Below the pieces are notes generated by a model. It saw nothing but the letters and a program-made list of their open reading frames with translations, was not told where the DNA came from and searched no databases. From positions 960,001 through 1,024,000 of the forward strand of contig CAVSZB010000007.1 in NCBI GenBank assembly GCA_963732385.1: a stretch of DNA of 64,000 nt, given 5' to 3'. Shown piece after piece: positions 36,834 through 47,199 of the stretch (position 1 is the stretch's first letter; the number at the start of each line of letters is the position of its first letter). The translations under genes were made by a program, and so were the position numbers. The DNA is from an uncultured bacterium. GTDB lineage: Bacteria; Krumholzibacteriota; Krumholzibacteriia; LZORAL124-64-63.

Positions 36834-38075
36834 TCAGTCCTTAAAGCGGATGCTCTTGGGCACGATGACCAGACCGTCGTCGGTCACCTTGAAGAGATGG
36901 CGATCCTTCGCGGGGTCGCGACCGATCACCATGCCCTCGGGAATCACCACGTCCTTGTCCACGATGGTGCGATGCAGATCAGCGTAGCGACCGATCACGA
37001 CGTCGTCGAAGACGATGGAGTCGGTTACGCGGCTGAAGGAGTTCACGCGCACGTTGCGCCCCAGCAGCGAGCCCTCCACGTGGCCGCCGCTGATGATCGT
37101 CCCGCCGCCGACGATGGAGTTGGCGATCGTGCCGGCCAGGCCTCCGTCGGGCGTGAAGCCGTGCACGCTCTTGGCCGGCGGCACCGGCGCCTGCCAGGTG
37201 CGGTACGGCCATTCGCGGTCGTACAGGTTGAACGCGGGCTGCCGGGAGACGAGATCCATCGAGGCGGCGTAGTAGCTGTCGAGCGTGCCGATGTCGCGCC
37301 AGTACTCCGGAGCACCGGTCTGGGGATCGCGGAAGGGGAAGGCGTAGACATTCCCCTGGCCGACCATGGCCGGGATGATGTCGCGCCCGAAATCGTGACG
37401 GGAACCGGGCAGCCGCGCGTCCTGGCAGACCCCCCGGACCAGTTCCTGCGTGTCGAAGCAGTACACGCCCATGTTGACCAGGCAATGCTCGGGATCACCC
37501 GGGATCGTGCGCGGATTGGCCGGCTTCTCCTCGTAACCAACGATCCGCCAGCCAGCGTCCACCTCGATGATGCCGAACTGGTGCGCCCCCTCCCGCGGCA
37601 CGACGGCCACACTCACGGTCAGGCCGGCCTGCTTGTCGAGATGGAAATCGAGCATCTGGTTGTAGTCCATCTTGTAGACATGGTCACCGGACAGGATCAT
37701 GACGTGTTCCGGCTTGGTCCGCTCGAGCAGGTAGATGTTCTGGAAGATCGCGTCAGCCGTGCCCTCGTACCACTTCAGGCCGACCCGCCGCTGCGGTGGG
37801 ATGCGGTACAGGAACTCGTCGGCCTCGTAGTTGAAGATGTTCCAGCCCTTCTGGAGATGCTTGTCGAGGGAGTACGACTTGTACTGCGTCAGCACAAAGA
37901 TGCGCTTCAGCCCGGAGTTGACGCAGTTCGACAGGGTAAAGTCGATGATGCGGTAGACGCCGCCGAACGGCACGGCCGGCTTGGACCGGTCCCGCGTGAG
38001 GGGATACAGGCGCTCACCCTGGCCACCGGCCAGGATGATGGCCACGACCCGGCGGAACCACTGCGGAGTCCTCAC
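36834..38075 (-). CDS. glgC: Glucose-1-phosphate adenylyltransferase
   Basis: LAGGQGERLYPLT, KPAVPFGG, GTADA, SGDHVYKM, EKP, DFGRDIIP, YWRDIGT. Confidence 0.96.
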   Translation of the reverse strand: MRTPQWFRRVVAIILAGGQGERLYPLTRDRSKPAVPFGGVYRIIDFTLSNCVNSGLKRIFVLTQYKSYSLDKHLQKGWNIFNYEADEFLYRIPPQRRVGLKWYEGTADAIFQNIYLLERTKPEHVMILSGDHVYKMDYNQMLDFHLDKQAGLTVSVAVVPREGAHQFGIIEVDAGWRIVGYEEKPANPRTIPGDPEHCLVNMGVYCFDTQELVRGVCQDARLPGSRHDFGRDIIPAMVGQGNVYAFPFRDPQTGAPEYWRDIGTLDSYYAASMDLVSRQPAFNLYDREWPYRTWQAPVPPAKSVHGFTPDGGLAGTIANSIVGGGTIISGGHVEGSLLGRNVRVNSFSRVTDSIVFDDVVIGRYADLHRTIVDKDVVIPEGMVIGRDPAKDRHLFKVTDDGLVIVPKSIRFKD

Positions 38076-38127
38076 TACCGTCCGCCTTCCCGGAGTCTCC
38101 GAGCGGCCGACGGCCGCGAATCCCGCA

Positions 38128-38496
38128 TCACTGCGCGACCGGCTCCGCTTGCAATAGTTCCCGGACCGTCTGGACGAGTTCGTCCACATCCGCCGACTTG
38201 GTCACATATGCGTCGGCGGCCCAGGTCAGGAAGTTGTCGCGATAGCTGGAGTAGGCCGTGTTGAGCACGACGGGAATCGTGTTGTCACGGTCCAGAATGC
38301 GCTGCAGACACTCCACACCGTCCATGCCCGGCATGCGGATGTCCAGCACCACCAGGTCCGGCCTCATCAAGTCAACGTACTCGAGGCCCTGCTCGGCTGT
38401 GGCCGCCGCCATCGTTTCGAACCCGGCGCGCCGCAATTCTGTCTCGTACAACAGACGCAGATGTGGCTCGTCATCGACGATCAGAACCTTCTTCAC
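38128..38496 (-). CDS. Single-domain response regulator (receiver only)
   Basis: VLIVDDE, DLVVLDIRMPGMDG, NTA, YVTK. Confidence 0.93.
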   Translation of the reverse strand: MKKVLIVDDEPHLRLLYETELRRAGFETMAAATAEQGLEYVDLMRPDLVVLDIRMPGMDGVECLQRILDRDNTIPVVLNTAYSSYRDNFLTWAADAYVTKSADVDELVQTVRELLQAEPVAQ

Positions 38497-38581
38497 CACA
38501 CCACCTCCATGATCCGTGCTCGGCGACAGTACGCACGTTGCATCCCTGCCTCGACACCATAGCAAATCCTGCGCCCCGCGG

Positions 38582-40366
38582 CTACCGGGAATCTGCCTCT
38601 ACCCCCTCGTCTTTTCGCGGCTTGGGCAGCGGAAGCGTAAATGTGAATATGGCGCCCCCGCCCGGCGCATTCTGACACGCCAGCACACCGCCATGGCCCT
38701 TGACGATCTGGCTGGAAATGGCCAGCCCCAGGCCGGATCCGGTCGGTTTGGTGGTAAAAAACGGGGTGAACAACTTCGGTTTCGCGGACTCCGGCACGCC
38801 GGGGCCCTCGTCGCACACCTCCACCCGCACCCCCCCCGTCTGCAGGCGCGTCAGCACCGCCAGCCGCCCACCCCCGGCCATGGCCTGCATCGCGTTGACC
38901 ACGAGGTTCTGCATGACCTGCTGGATTTCGCCGGGGTTGATCCGCGCCCGCACCCCGGGCGCCTGCAGATCCAGGTCCAGGACGACCCCCTGTTCCCCCA
39001 TCTTCCCCTCGTGGACGCGCACGGTTTCGGCCACCAGTTCGTCGATCACGACCAGCTTGCGCAGGATTTTCTTCGGGCGGATGAAATCGAGCAGATCGTG
39101 GATGATCCGCTCGAGCCGCGCCACCTCCTCCGTGATGATCGCAGCATACTGCCGGTGCGGATCCCCTTCGGCGAGCGAGCGGTGCAGGGTTCGCGCGAAG
39201 CCGCCGATGGCCACCAGGGGGTTGCGCAACTCGTGCGCCACGACCGCCGCCGTCTCGCCCATGATCGAGAGTCGCTCCATGCGCAGGAGCTGCTTCTGGT
39301 CCTCCTTCTGCCGCTGCGCCGCGCGCCGCAGATCGGCCAGGCGCTGCTGCAGCTCTTCGTAGAGTCGGCTGTTCTCGATCGCGTTGGCCGACTCGTTGGC
39401 GAGCAGTTGGAGGAACTCCAGATCGAGGTCTCCGATCTCCCGGCCGGAAATAGCGTTGTCCGTCACGATCACCCCGAGCGGCCCGCGTCTGGTCATCAGC
39501 GGCGCCACGGCGAAGGCCGTGTGTCCGAGCCAGTGGCGCATGTCATCCACACCGGGAAAATCCACCTCGCTCGCCACGACCCGGAACGCCTGTCGCTCGT
39601 TCATGGAGCGGATCAGGATGTGGTCCGCCGCCGCGACCGGAACCTCCATCTTCTTGACGATTTCGTTGACGGCGACATCGGTCTGTTTCAGCGAGCGATC
39701 GTAGCGCGTCATCAGCGCGATGAGGTCGTCCTGCTGGTCGGAAAGGTCGTGCCAGATACGCGCCGCTTCGTCGGGGTTGGACGGTCCGATGGCGATCTCG
39801 CCGCGCAGGCGCTGTGACTTGTCGTCGATCAGCAGCAGGAACGCGCGGTTGAAGCGCAGCCCCTGGCCCGCGGTCACGCAATGCAGCACCGCCTCGAGGA
39901 TCTGCTCCAGGGTCATGCGCTCTCCGTAGAGCGCCTCGTTGATCTGGTTCAGCAGCGACAGCCGCCCCAGCCGCCGCACCCGGTCCTCGTCGATCATCTT
40001 CATGTGCGTGATATCGTGGATGGCGATCAGGCTGCGCCGCCGTCCTTCGGCATCGTGAAAGTGGTCGCAGACGATCTCCACCGGCACGGCGCCGCCGTGC
40101 GCCGGGAGCAGGGTCAGTTCCTGCGGAGGCCCCTGGTCGCATTGTTCCGGCAGGCCGTCCGGGGTGAGCGGCAGGTCGGAAGCGAGGAACCGCGCCAGCG
40201 GCTGGCCCACCAATTCGCCAGCCGGCAGCCCGAGCATCCGGCAGGCGCCGGCGCTGGCCAGACGAATGCGGCACTCTTCCCCGAGCACGAGCAACGGCAC
40301 GCTGCCGGCCACCACCGCCTTGCTGAGCCAAAGCGCCTCCTGCAGCAGCACTTCGTCGAGTTCCAC
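38582..40366 (-). CDS. Cytoplasmic PAS-GAF sensor histidine kinase
   Basis: PAS (HDIT), GAF (FNRAFL...ANAIENSRLY), AHELRNPL, NLVVNA, DEGPG, FFTTK, GSGLGL; no TM segment seen. Confidence 0.92.
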   Translation of the reverse strand: MELDEVLLQEALWLSKAVVAGSVPLLVLGEECRIRLASAGACRMLGLPAGELVGQPLARFLASDLPLTPDGLPEQCDQGPPQELTLLPAHGGAVPVEIVCDHFHDAEGRRRSLIAIHDITHMKMIDEDRVRRLGRLSLLNQINEALYGERMTLEQILEAVLHCVTAGQGLRFNRAFLLLIDDKSQRLRGEIAIGPSNPDEAARIWHDLSDQQDDLIALMTRYDRSLKQTDVAVNEIVKKMEVPVAAADHILIRSMNERQAFRVVASEVDFPGVDDMRHWLGHTAFAVAPLMTRRGPLGVIVTDNAISGREIGDLDLEFLQLLANESANAIENSRLYEELQQRLADLRRAAQRQKEDQKQLLRMERLSIMGETAAVVAHELRNPLVAIGGFARTLHRSLAEGDPHRQYAAIITEEVARLERIIHDLLDFIRPKKILRKLVVIDELVAETVRVHEGKMGEQGVVLDLDLQAPGVRARINPGEIQQVMQNLVVNAMQAMAGGGRLAVLTRLQTGGVRVEVCDEGPGVPESAKPKLFTPFFTTKPTGSGLGLAISSQIVKGHGGVLACQNAPGGGAIFTFTLPLPKPRKDEGVEADSR

Positions 40367-40397
40367 GTCCACCCCTTTTGCCGGTGCTCCCGGCGGC

Positions 40398-41858
40398 TCA
40401 GGTCTGCCTGGCCAGCCGCGCGTAGAGCGCTTCGTAGGCGGCCGCCGAGGTGTCCCAGGGGAACAGGGCCCGCATGCCGCGCGCGCGCAGCGCCGCCCAG
40501 GCGGCCGCATCGTCCCACAGCGCCAGCGCCCGGTCCAACGCGCCGCGCAGCGCCCGCGGCGTGTACTCTACGAACGCAAAACCGGTTCCGTCCGGTCGGG
40601 AGGCGTCGATCACCGTGTCGGCAAGTCCGCCCGTCCGGCGCACGATCGGCACCGCCCCGTAGCGCAGGGCGTACATCTGCGCCAGACCGCACGGTTCGAA
40701 CCGGGACGGCATCAGGAACAGGTCGCACCCCGCGTAGACACGATGCGCCAGCGCCTCGTCGAACCGATCCACGAAAACCAGGCGTTTGGGGTGCCGCGCC
40801 GCCGCGGCAGCCAGCAGGACCCGCCAGCGCGCCTCGCCAGTCGCCAGGAACACAACCCGCAGCCCGTCGCGCAGCAGGCCGTTCAAAAGCGGCAGGAGAA
40901 CCTCCGTCCCTTTCTGCTCCACCAGCCGTCCGACGAAGCCTGCCACCGGCCCGTCGCCATCGGCCAGGCCGAGTTCGGCGGCGAGCGCGGCGCGGCACGC
41001 CCGCTTCCCCTCGGGATGGGCCGCGTCGAACCGGACCGCCAGATGCGGATCCCGCGCAGGATTCCACGCCTGCAGATCGGCGCCATTGAGGATGCCGGAG
41101 AAATCGCCGCCGCGTCCGCGCAGCACGCCGTCAAGACCGCAGCCCGACTCCTCGTCGGTGACGACCTCGCGGGCGTAAGTGGGGCTGACGGTGTTGACGA
41201 GGTCGGACTCGAGGATGCCGGCCTTCATGACGTTGAGCCGGCCGTGGAACTCCAGCGGACCGGGATAGACCGCGTCGGCGGCCGGCAGACCGATCTCCAT
41301 GAGCCGCTCCGGCGGCGCGTCGAGCTGATGTGCGAGGTTGTGGATGGTGAGCAGGGTGCCGGCCGCGCCGACCCCCTCCACCCCGGCCCACCAGCGGCGG
41401 TGGTAAAGCGGCGCCAGGGCCGAGGCGGCGTCGTGCGCGTGAATCACCTCGGGCGTCCAGCCGAGCAGCCCGGGCAGGGCAAGCGCCGCCTGGGCGTGGA
41501 AGGAGGCTCGCGCGATGGCGTCGGGAAAGTCAGCCCCTGTCGCGTCGGCATACACGCCGGGACGGCCGAACAGCGCCGCGTTCTCGGCAAAGTAGATCCT
41601 GACCGCGGCCGCACCGGAACCTTTCAGGTGCCACCGCGCAACGTGCACCTGCTGCCCCACCCGCAGCGGCAACGGCGGCAGGCGCAGCAGCGGACGGATG
41701 TGCAGCGCCGCTCGATCGAGGTGACCGTAGAGCGGCAGCACCACCCGCACATCGTGCCCCCGCGCCGCCAGCGCCGACGCCAGCGAGGCGGTCATGTCGG
41801 CCAGCCCGCCGACCTTCACCACCGGCGCCAATTCGCCGGTCACCATCAACACCCGCAT
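40398..41858 (-). CDS. glgA: Glycogen synthase
   Basis: KVGGLAD, IHAHD, TIHNL, TVSPTYA, GILNG, RLVEQKG, PSRFEPCGL, TGGL. Confidence 0.95.
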   Translation of the reverse strand: MRVLMVTGELAPVVKVGGLADMTASLASALAARGHDVRVVLPLYGHLDRAALHIRPLLRLPPLPLRVGQQVHVARWHLKGSGAAAVRIYFAENAALFGRPGVYADATGADFPDAIARASFHAQAALALPGLLGWTPEVIHAHDAASALAPLYHRRWWAGVEGVGAAGTLLTIHNLAHQLDAPPERLMEIGLPAADAVYPGPLEFHGRLNVMKAGILESDLVNTVSPTYAREVVTDEESGCGLDGVLRGRGGDFSGILNGADLQAWNPARDPHLAVRFDAAHPEGKRACRAALAAELGLADGDGPVAGFVGRLVEQKGTEVLLPLLNGLLRDGLRVVFLATGEARWRVLLAAAAARHPKRLVFVDRFDEALAHRVYAGCDLFLMPSRFEPCGLAQMYALRYGAVPIVRRTGGLADTVIDASRPDGTGFAFVEYTPRALRGALDRALALWDDAAAWAALRARGMRALFPWDTSAAAYEALYARLARQT

Positions 41859-41889
41859 GGCAGCCCCCGGCGCGCGGACAGCGCGCGAT

Positions 41890-42933
41890 CTAGAACGGTT
41901 CCACCGTCGCTTCGCGCAGAAACCGCGCGGCCTCCTCCGGCGCGACCGGATTGATGTAGAAATCGGTGCCGGTTTCGAACCCGGCCACCTGCGTCAGCCG
42001 CGGCAGCAGCTCGAGATGCCAGTGGTAGTCCCACGCGAGCGTCTGCCAGAGCCCCCGTTCGCTGCCGTAGGCCTCCGTGTTGGGCGCCGTGTGCAGCACG
42101 AGATTGAAGGGTGGATCGGCCAGCACTCCCTGCAGCTGCCGCGCCACGGTCCCCAGACAACGCGCCAGAGCGGCCAGATCCTCAGCACCCGCGGCGCCGA
42201 AATCGTGCGCGTGGGTGCGCGGCAGGATCATGATCTCGAACGGGAAGCGGCTGGCGTAGGGGGCGAAAGCCACGAAACGTTCGCTCTCGTACACGACGCG
42301 CACGCCCCGGTCGAGCTCCTCGCCGAGCACGTCGCAGAACAGACAGCGCTCCTTGCGCTGGTAGTGTGCACGCGCCTGGTTCAGTTCCACCGTCACGGTG
42401 CGGGGAATGACCGGCGTGGCGATGATCTGGCTGTGGGGATGAGCCACCGTGGAGCCGGCGATGGCGCCGTGGTTCTTGAAGAAGAGGACGTATTTGAGCC
42501 GGCGGTCGCGATGCAGGTCGCGCAGACGCTCCCCCACGGCCCGCAGCAGCGTGGCCACCTCGCCGGCCTTCATGGCGGCCAGCCCGGAAACGTGCCCGGG
42601 GGTGTCGACGATGACCTCGTGCGCCCCGATGCCCCGCATGCAGTCGTGGATCCCCACGCCGCGGCGCTCCAGATCGCCCTCCACCGCGAGCGCGGGATAT
42701 TTGTTCGGAAACACCCGGACCTGCCACCCGGGGCCGTTGGGGCCGCCGCCCGGCGGACGGCCGAGGGCCAGCACTTCGGCCGGCGTGCGCTCCTCGTGGC
42801 CCGGACAGAACGGGCAGTACAGCGCACCGGACGGTTCGACCGCCGTCACCTGCAGTTCCCGCGGACGACGGCTGCGATCGGTGGCGATGATGACCCAGCG
42901 TCCCTGGATCAGGTCGTAGCGAAGCTCCGACAT
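41890..42933 (-). CDS. galT: GalT-family nucleotidyltransferase (galactose-1-P uridylyltransferase / ADP-glucose phosphorylase-like)
   Basis: CPFCPGHE, NKYPAL, GAHEVIV, HPHSQ, CLFC, HWHLE, GFE. Confidence 0.88.
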   Translation of the reverse strand: MSELRYDLIQGRWVIIATDRSRRPRELQVTAVEPSGALYCPFCPGHEERTPAEVLALGRPPGGGPNGPGWQVRVFPNKYPALAVEGDLERRGVGIHDCMRGIGAHEVIVDTPGHVSGLAAMKAGEVATLLRAVGERLRDLHRDRRLKYVLFFKNHGAIAGSTVAHPHSQIIATPVIPRTVTVELNQARAHYQRKERCLFCDVLGEELDRGVRVVYESERFVAFAPYASRFPFEIMILPRTHAHDFGAAGAEDLAALARCLGTVARQLQGVLADPPFNLVLHTAPNTEAYGSERGLWQTLAWDYHWHLELLPRLTQVAGFETGTDFYINPVAPEEAARFLREATVEPF

Positions 42934-42987
42934 GCAATTCCCTCCCGCGGCGCTCCCGCGCGGTGATGAAATTCCGAAACGGCGGAC

Positions 42988-45296
42988 TCAGACGATCCAG
43001 TCGTCGGCATCGGTCGGTCCGCGCGGCGCCCGTACGGCGAGCGCGCCGCTCGCCGGCACGCGCAGCTCGGTGCGCCCCCCCCGTTCGAGCGTGATGAAGA
43101 AGACAAGCTCGTCGCCCGGAACCAGGCCGAGCCGGGGCCATGGCACGGCGACCTCGGCGATGCGGTCGCAGACGCCGGCCGGCTCCGCCGATGACGCCAT
43201 CCCCTCCACCTGCGGCAAGAGCGTGATGTCGCCGCGTCCGTCCTCCGTCCGGGGCAGGCGCAGCACGGCGACCCGGCGAGCGGCCCCGTCCGCCGCCGTT
43301 TTCCCCCCGGCACGGGCGCGCCGTCCCGTTCCGCGGCCGCCGTCGGCGCGACCACCTGCACGACGAGATCGAGCCCCCTGAACACCGTGGCCCCGTGTCC
43401 AGGAGCGGGATCGAGCCTCAGCAACAGTCGCTGTGGATCGGCGCCGAACCACAGCGCCGCCAGGGGCGAGTCTCCCCGGTGCATGGCGCCCCGCTCGCCG
43501 CCCGCATCGCACCGTCCGGCATCGAGCCATTCGAAGTAGTGCGTCACGCGGCCGTCGAGAGTCACGTCCAGCGGCGCCCGTGGCGCTAAGCCGGCCGCCG
43601 GCGCCAATGCCAGCGTGTCACGCAGCGGGACCGCCAGATCGGCCGGCGGAGTATCCCCGAGTTGCCGGTAGACATTGCCGAGGTGCGCCCGGAACAGGGC
43701 GTCGAACTCCGCGGCGAATTCCGTGGGGTGGTCATCGCCATACCACCAGAACCAGTCGCTGCCTTCGGCCGACGCCATGGCGCGCCAGGCGCACGCGAGC
43801 GGCGTAGTTGCGGCGGGACCGAGCAGGTCCGGGTCGGGGGCCGGCACGCGGCCACCGCCCGGCAGCGCCACCTCGCGCAGGGCGCCGGCGGCCGCCAGGC
43901 GCGGTTCGAGCCAGTCGCGGGTGGCGGCGAGACGGTCCCAGGCGCGGTTCTTCTGTGCATGACCGACCCAGGTGGTCAGGTCGCGTCGGATCCAGGAACC
44001 GGCGCGCAGACGCGGCAGCGGCCTCGGCGCCTCGCCGCCCCCTTCGTCCAGGAAATGCGAAAATGTGCTCCAGCGCAGCCCGGGCGCCGCCGCCACGCCA
44101 CGGTAGAAGCCGCGCAGGAAGTCGACCCCCTGGGCCGGATAGGCCTCCCAGGCGTTCTCTCCGTCCAGAATGATCGCCGTCAGGAAGCGCCCGGACGGCA
44201 GTTGGGCGCGGATTCCCTGCAAATGTCCGACGAGGTCGGCTGCGGCCCGCTCCCCCTCCCACCCCGCATAGACGAAACCGATGCGGTCGGACAGGCCCTG
44301 GTCGCGGAAGAAGAGGCTCGGCATACCGTCGCCCCCCCAGCGCCACGGCTGGAAGTGCCCGCCGGACGGCACAGCGCCGTCCCAGGAGGCGGCCAGCACA
44401 TCCTGGTCGCTGGCGAGCCAGCGCACCCCGCAGGCGGCGAAGACGCGGATCGCCTCCTCGCTCAGAGCCCCCTCGGCCGGCCACATTCCGCGCGGACGCA
44501 CGCCGAGCAGTCGCTCCGTTTCGTCCAGTGCGACCCGCACGTGCCACCAGGCATCGCCGGGACGGGTCACCCTCGCCGCCGGCAGCGTCAGGCCTGGGAT
44601 CGCCTCGAGGGCGGCCCGCGTGTCGCAGAGCAACGGCGCGATGGGGTGCGCCCAGGGCGTGCAGGAGACCTCGTGCGCACCGCCGCTCGCCAGCTCCCGA
44701 TAGGCCGGCGTCACCCGGGCGAGGAAGGCGTGCTGGAGGTCCAGGAGCCCGTGCTTCTCGTCGTTCGTGAAACCGCGCCCCTTGCGCAGCAGCGCGGCGA
44801 CCAGCGGCTCCTCGCGCAGGGTGCGCCCGGACCACGCCAGATGGAACCCGACCTGCAGATCGCGCAGCTCCGCGACGGTGAACGCCGCAGCGATTCGCTC
44901 TGGCGATTCATGCCTGCGCCTCTCCCGCTTGCGCCACAACTCGGCCAGGCGGGGCAGCTCCGCAAAACGTCGGCCATGGTGGAAGGCGAAGAAGCGCTTC
45001 AGCAGCAACGCGCGATCCGCCGGCGCCAGATCGGCCGGATCAGCGCGCGCCAGGGCGAGAAACTCATCCTCGCCGCGCCCGGCGGCCGCCGCGGCCAGCT
45101 GGCCCAGGAGGGTCGGCACCACGTTGAAAACCGTGCGCGCCTCTGGCACTTCGGTCGCCAGGCGCGCCATGTCGGCGTAGCTCGCGAGGGCATGCAGCCT
45201 GACCCACGGCATGACCACCCGGCCGGTGATCGGGTCGGTATAATCGGGCTGGTGCATGTGCCAGAGGACTGCAACCGCCAACTCCGTGGCAGCCAT
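42988..45296 (-). CDS. GH57 glycoside hydrolase (amylopullulanase-like); C-terminal ~100 aa lie in the -1 frame after about 43300
   Basis: WHMHQP, WVRLHA, HPIAPLL, WPAE (nucleophile), DGENAWE (acid/base), GSWI, AEGSDWFWW; natural-looking C-terminus (EVAVPW..LGL.PGD...DWIV*) is in a different frame. Confidence 0.88.
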
Positions 45297-45368
45297 GGGC
45301 TCCCTCCCCGATCAGCGATTGACGACCCGCCGCGGGCCGGCGGGAAAGCGCACCACGCCGGCGACGCC

Positions 45369-45397
45369 AGCTTACACCGGCGGCGACCCGGTGGAAA
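45369..45397 (-). promoter_or_regulatory. Possible promoter of the glycogen operon
   Basis: TTTCCA-N17-TAAGCT on the minus strand. Confidence 0.4.
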
Positions 45398-45476
45398 CGA
45401 CCCTTTGCGACGCGGACACCCCCGGTCGGGCCGTTCCGAACGGTGTACAGCCCCCCCCCGCGCCGGGCCTTACGCG

Positions 45477-46361
45477 TCAGAACAGCGGCAGCGTGAGTTC
45501 AGGCAGATCACCGGCCGCGAGACGCGAGGCGACGTAGTCGCCCATCGCCTGGAACCGGCCGCGTGCGAGCAGGGTGGCGAGTTTGCGCGGCATGGCCAGC
45601 TGGCCACCCTGGCTGCGCAGGCGGGTGACGGGGTCGAGCCGCACTTCAGGGCGCCAGGCATCGAGTTCCCAGGGATGCAGATAGTTGATTACCGGCACCC
45701 CCTGCCGGCGCGCGCAGGCGCGCAGCATGGCGTAGGCCGGCAGCGGCAGCAGGCGCAGGTAGCCGCCGCCGGAGAACGGCCAATTCTGGCCGACGCCGCG
45801 CACGGTCGTCATCGGCACCTCGACGAACGGCGTCGGGCCGGCGAGGCGGAACGGGTGCCGCGGCGCGCGCGTCTGGCCGTAGCGGGGATGTCGCACCGGG
45901 AACAGGGAGCTATCGTAGCGAAAGCCGCGATCGCGCAGCAGTTCGAGGTAGCCGTGCACCGGCGGCAGCAGCGTGAAGCTCGGCGCACGGTAGCCGTCCA
46001 CCCGGGTCACGCCGGCCGCCCGCAAGGCGGCCAGGGCACGGTCGAGATCGGCCAGGAAAGCCGCGCGGTCCAGCTTGTGCACCTCGGGATGCCCGTAGCT
46101 GTGGCAGCCGATCTCGTGCCCGGCCTCGACGATGCATCGCACCAGCGCGGGGTGACGTTCAGCCGTCCAACCCAGCACGAAGAAGGTGGCGCGCACGCCG
46201 TGGCGCGCCAGCAGTTCGAGACAGCGCTCGGTGTTGGCCACGACCCGCGAAGCCTGTTCCGCCCAGCGCTCCGGCGGCACCGTCGCCAGATAGTTGTGGC
46301 CGTGGAACCACTCCTCGACATCGATGGTGAGGATGTCCGGCGGCCCGTTCATCCTGCTCAT
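45477..46361 (-). CDS. Polysaccharide deacetylase (DUF3473 / exosortase-locus type)
   Basis: TIDVEEWFH, ATFFVLG, HEIGCHSYGH, GYRAPSF, YDSS, SGGGYLRL, YLHPWE. Confidence 0.9.
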   Translation of the reverse strand: MSRMNGPPDILTIDVEEWFHGHNYLATVPPERWAEQASRVVANTERCLELLARHGVRATFFVLGWTAERHPALVRCIVEAGHEIGCHSYGHPEVHKLDRAAFLADLDRALAALRAAGVTRVDGYRAPSFTLLPPVHGYLELLRDRGFRYDSSLFPVRHPRYGQTRAPRHPFRLAGPTPFVEVPMTTVRGVGQNWPFSGGGYLRLLPLPAYAMLRACARRQGVPVINYLHPWELDAWRPEVRLDPVTRLRSQGGQLAMPRKLATLLARGRFQAMGDYVASRLAAGDLPELTLPLF

Positions 46362-47020
46362 ACCCCTCCCTCGGCCCCCGACTTCGCCTCCGGCTCCGCC
46401 ACGCAGGCGAACTGCAGCCAGCGGGTGTCCCCCAGCCGGCCGAGCGCCGCCAGATTGATCAGCCGGAACTTCCACGAACGGGTCGGCGTGATGCCGGCCT
46501 GCCGCGTCAGGCGGTAGCCCGCCGTGGCGAACAGGCGACCCATGCTGCGACGCGTGTAGAAACGCACATGCGTGCGGTCGAGGATCCCCTCGTCGGCATA
46601 CTTCCATTCGCCGCCGACCACCAGATTCCACAGGTTGGGAAAATGCCGGACGTTCGGAATCGAGGCCACCACGCAGCCGCCCGGCGCCAGCTTGGGTCGC
46701 AACAGACGCAGCAGTGTTTCGGGCGCGTAGAGGTGCTCGAGCAGATCGTTCAGCACGGCGCAGTCGAAATAGGCGTCGGGCAGATCGGGCACGCGCGCCA
46801 GCGCATCGCCGGTGAGCACGCGATCGAGTCGCTCGACCGCCATCCCGGCGGCGAGCGGGTCGAGTTCGATTCCCCACACTTCGGCGCCGCGCGCCTCGCG
46901 CAGGCGCGACGCGAAGCACCCCTGTCCGCACCCCACGTCGAGGATGCGGCGCGCCCCGGCCGGCACGAACGGCACCATCTCCGGCCGCGGCCGCGCGAAG
47001 TAACCTGTCCCGCCCGTCAT
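46358..47020 (-). CDS. Class I SAM-dependent methyltransferase (surface-glycan type)
   Basis: ILDVGCGQG, DLLEHL, SIPNVRH, GILDRTH. Confidence 0.88.
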   Translation of the reverse strand: MTGGTGYFARPRPEMVPFVPAGARRILDVGCGQGCFASRLREARGAEVWGIELDPLAAGMAVERLDRVLTGDALARVPDLPDAYFDCAVLNDLLEHLYAPETLLRLLRPKLAPGGCVVASIPNVRHFPNLWNLVVGGEWKYADEGILDRTHVRFYTRRSMGRLFATAGYRLTRQAGITPTRSWKFRLINLAALGRLGDTRWLQFACVAEPEAKSGAEGGV

Positions 47021-47199
47021 GCGCGCTCCTCGCCCCCGCCTCGTGGCCGGGCGCCGCACAGCCTAGCACCCCGGACGGCGCCTCCGCCAGCCTCGACCTT
47101 GCCGTTCGGCCCCGCCGGCGCGGCGCACTCGACACGCCGCGCAACGCGGCCTAGACTGACGCCGGCCAGGGACACCCGCCACGGACGGAAAGAGCGCTC

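Noticed and set aside
42909..43298. In-frame C-terminal tail of the 795-aa GH57 ORF
   Set aside because: Unnatural composition and overlap with the galT start; the plausible C-terminus is in the -1 frame ending at 42988.
43662..46517. 951-aa plus-strand ORF
   Set aside because: Antisense shadow of the GH57 and deacetylase genes.
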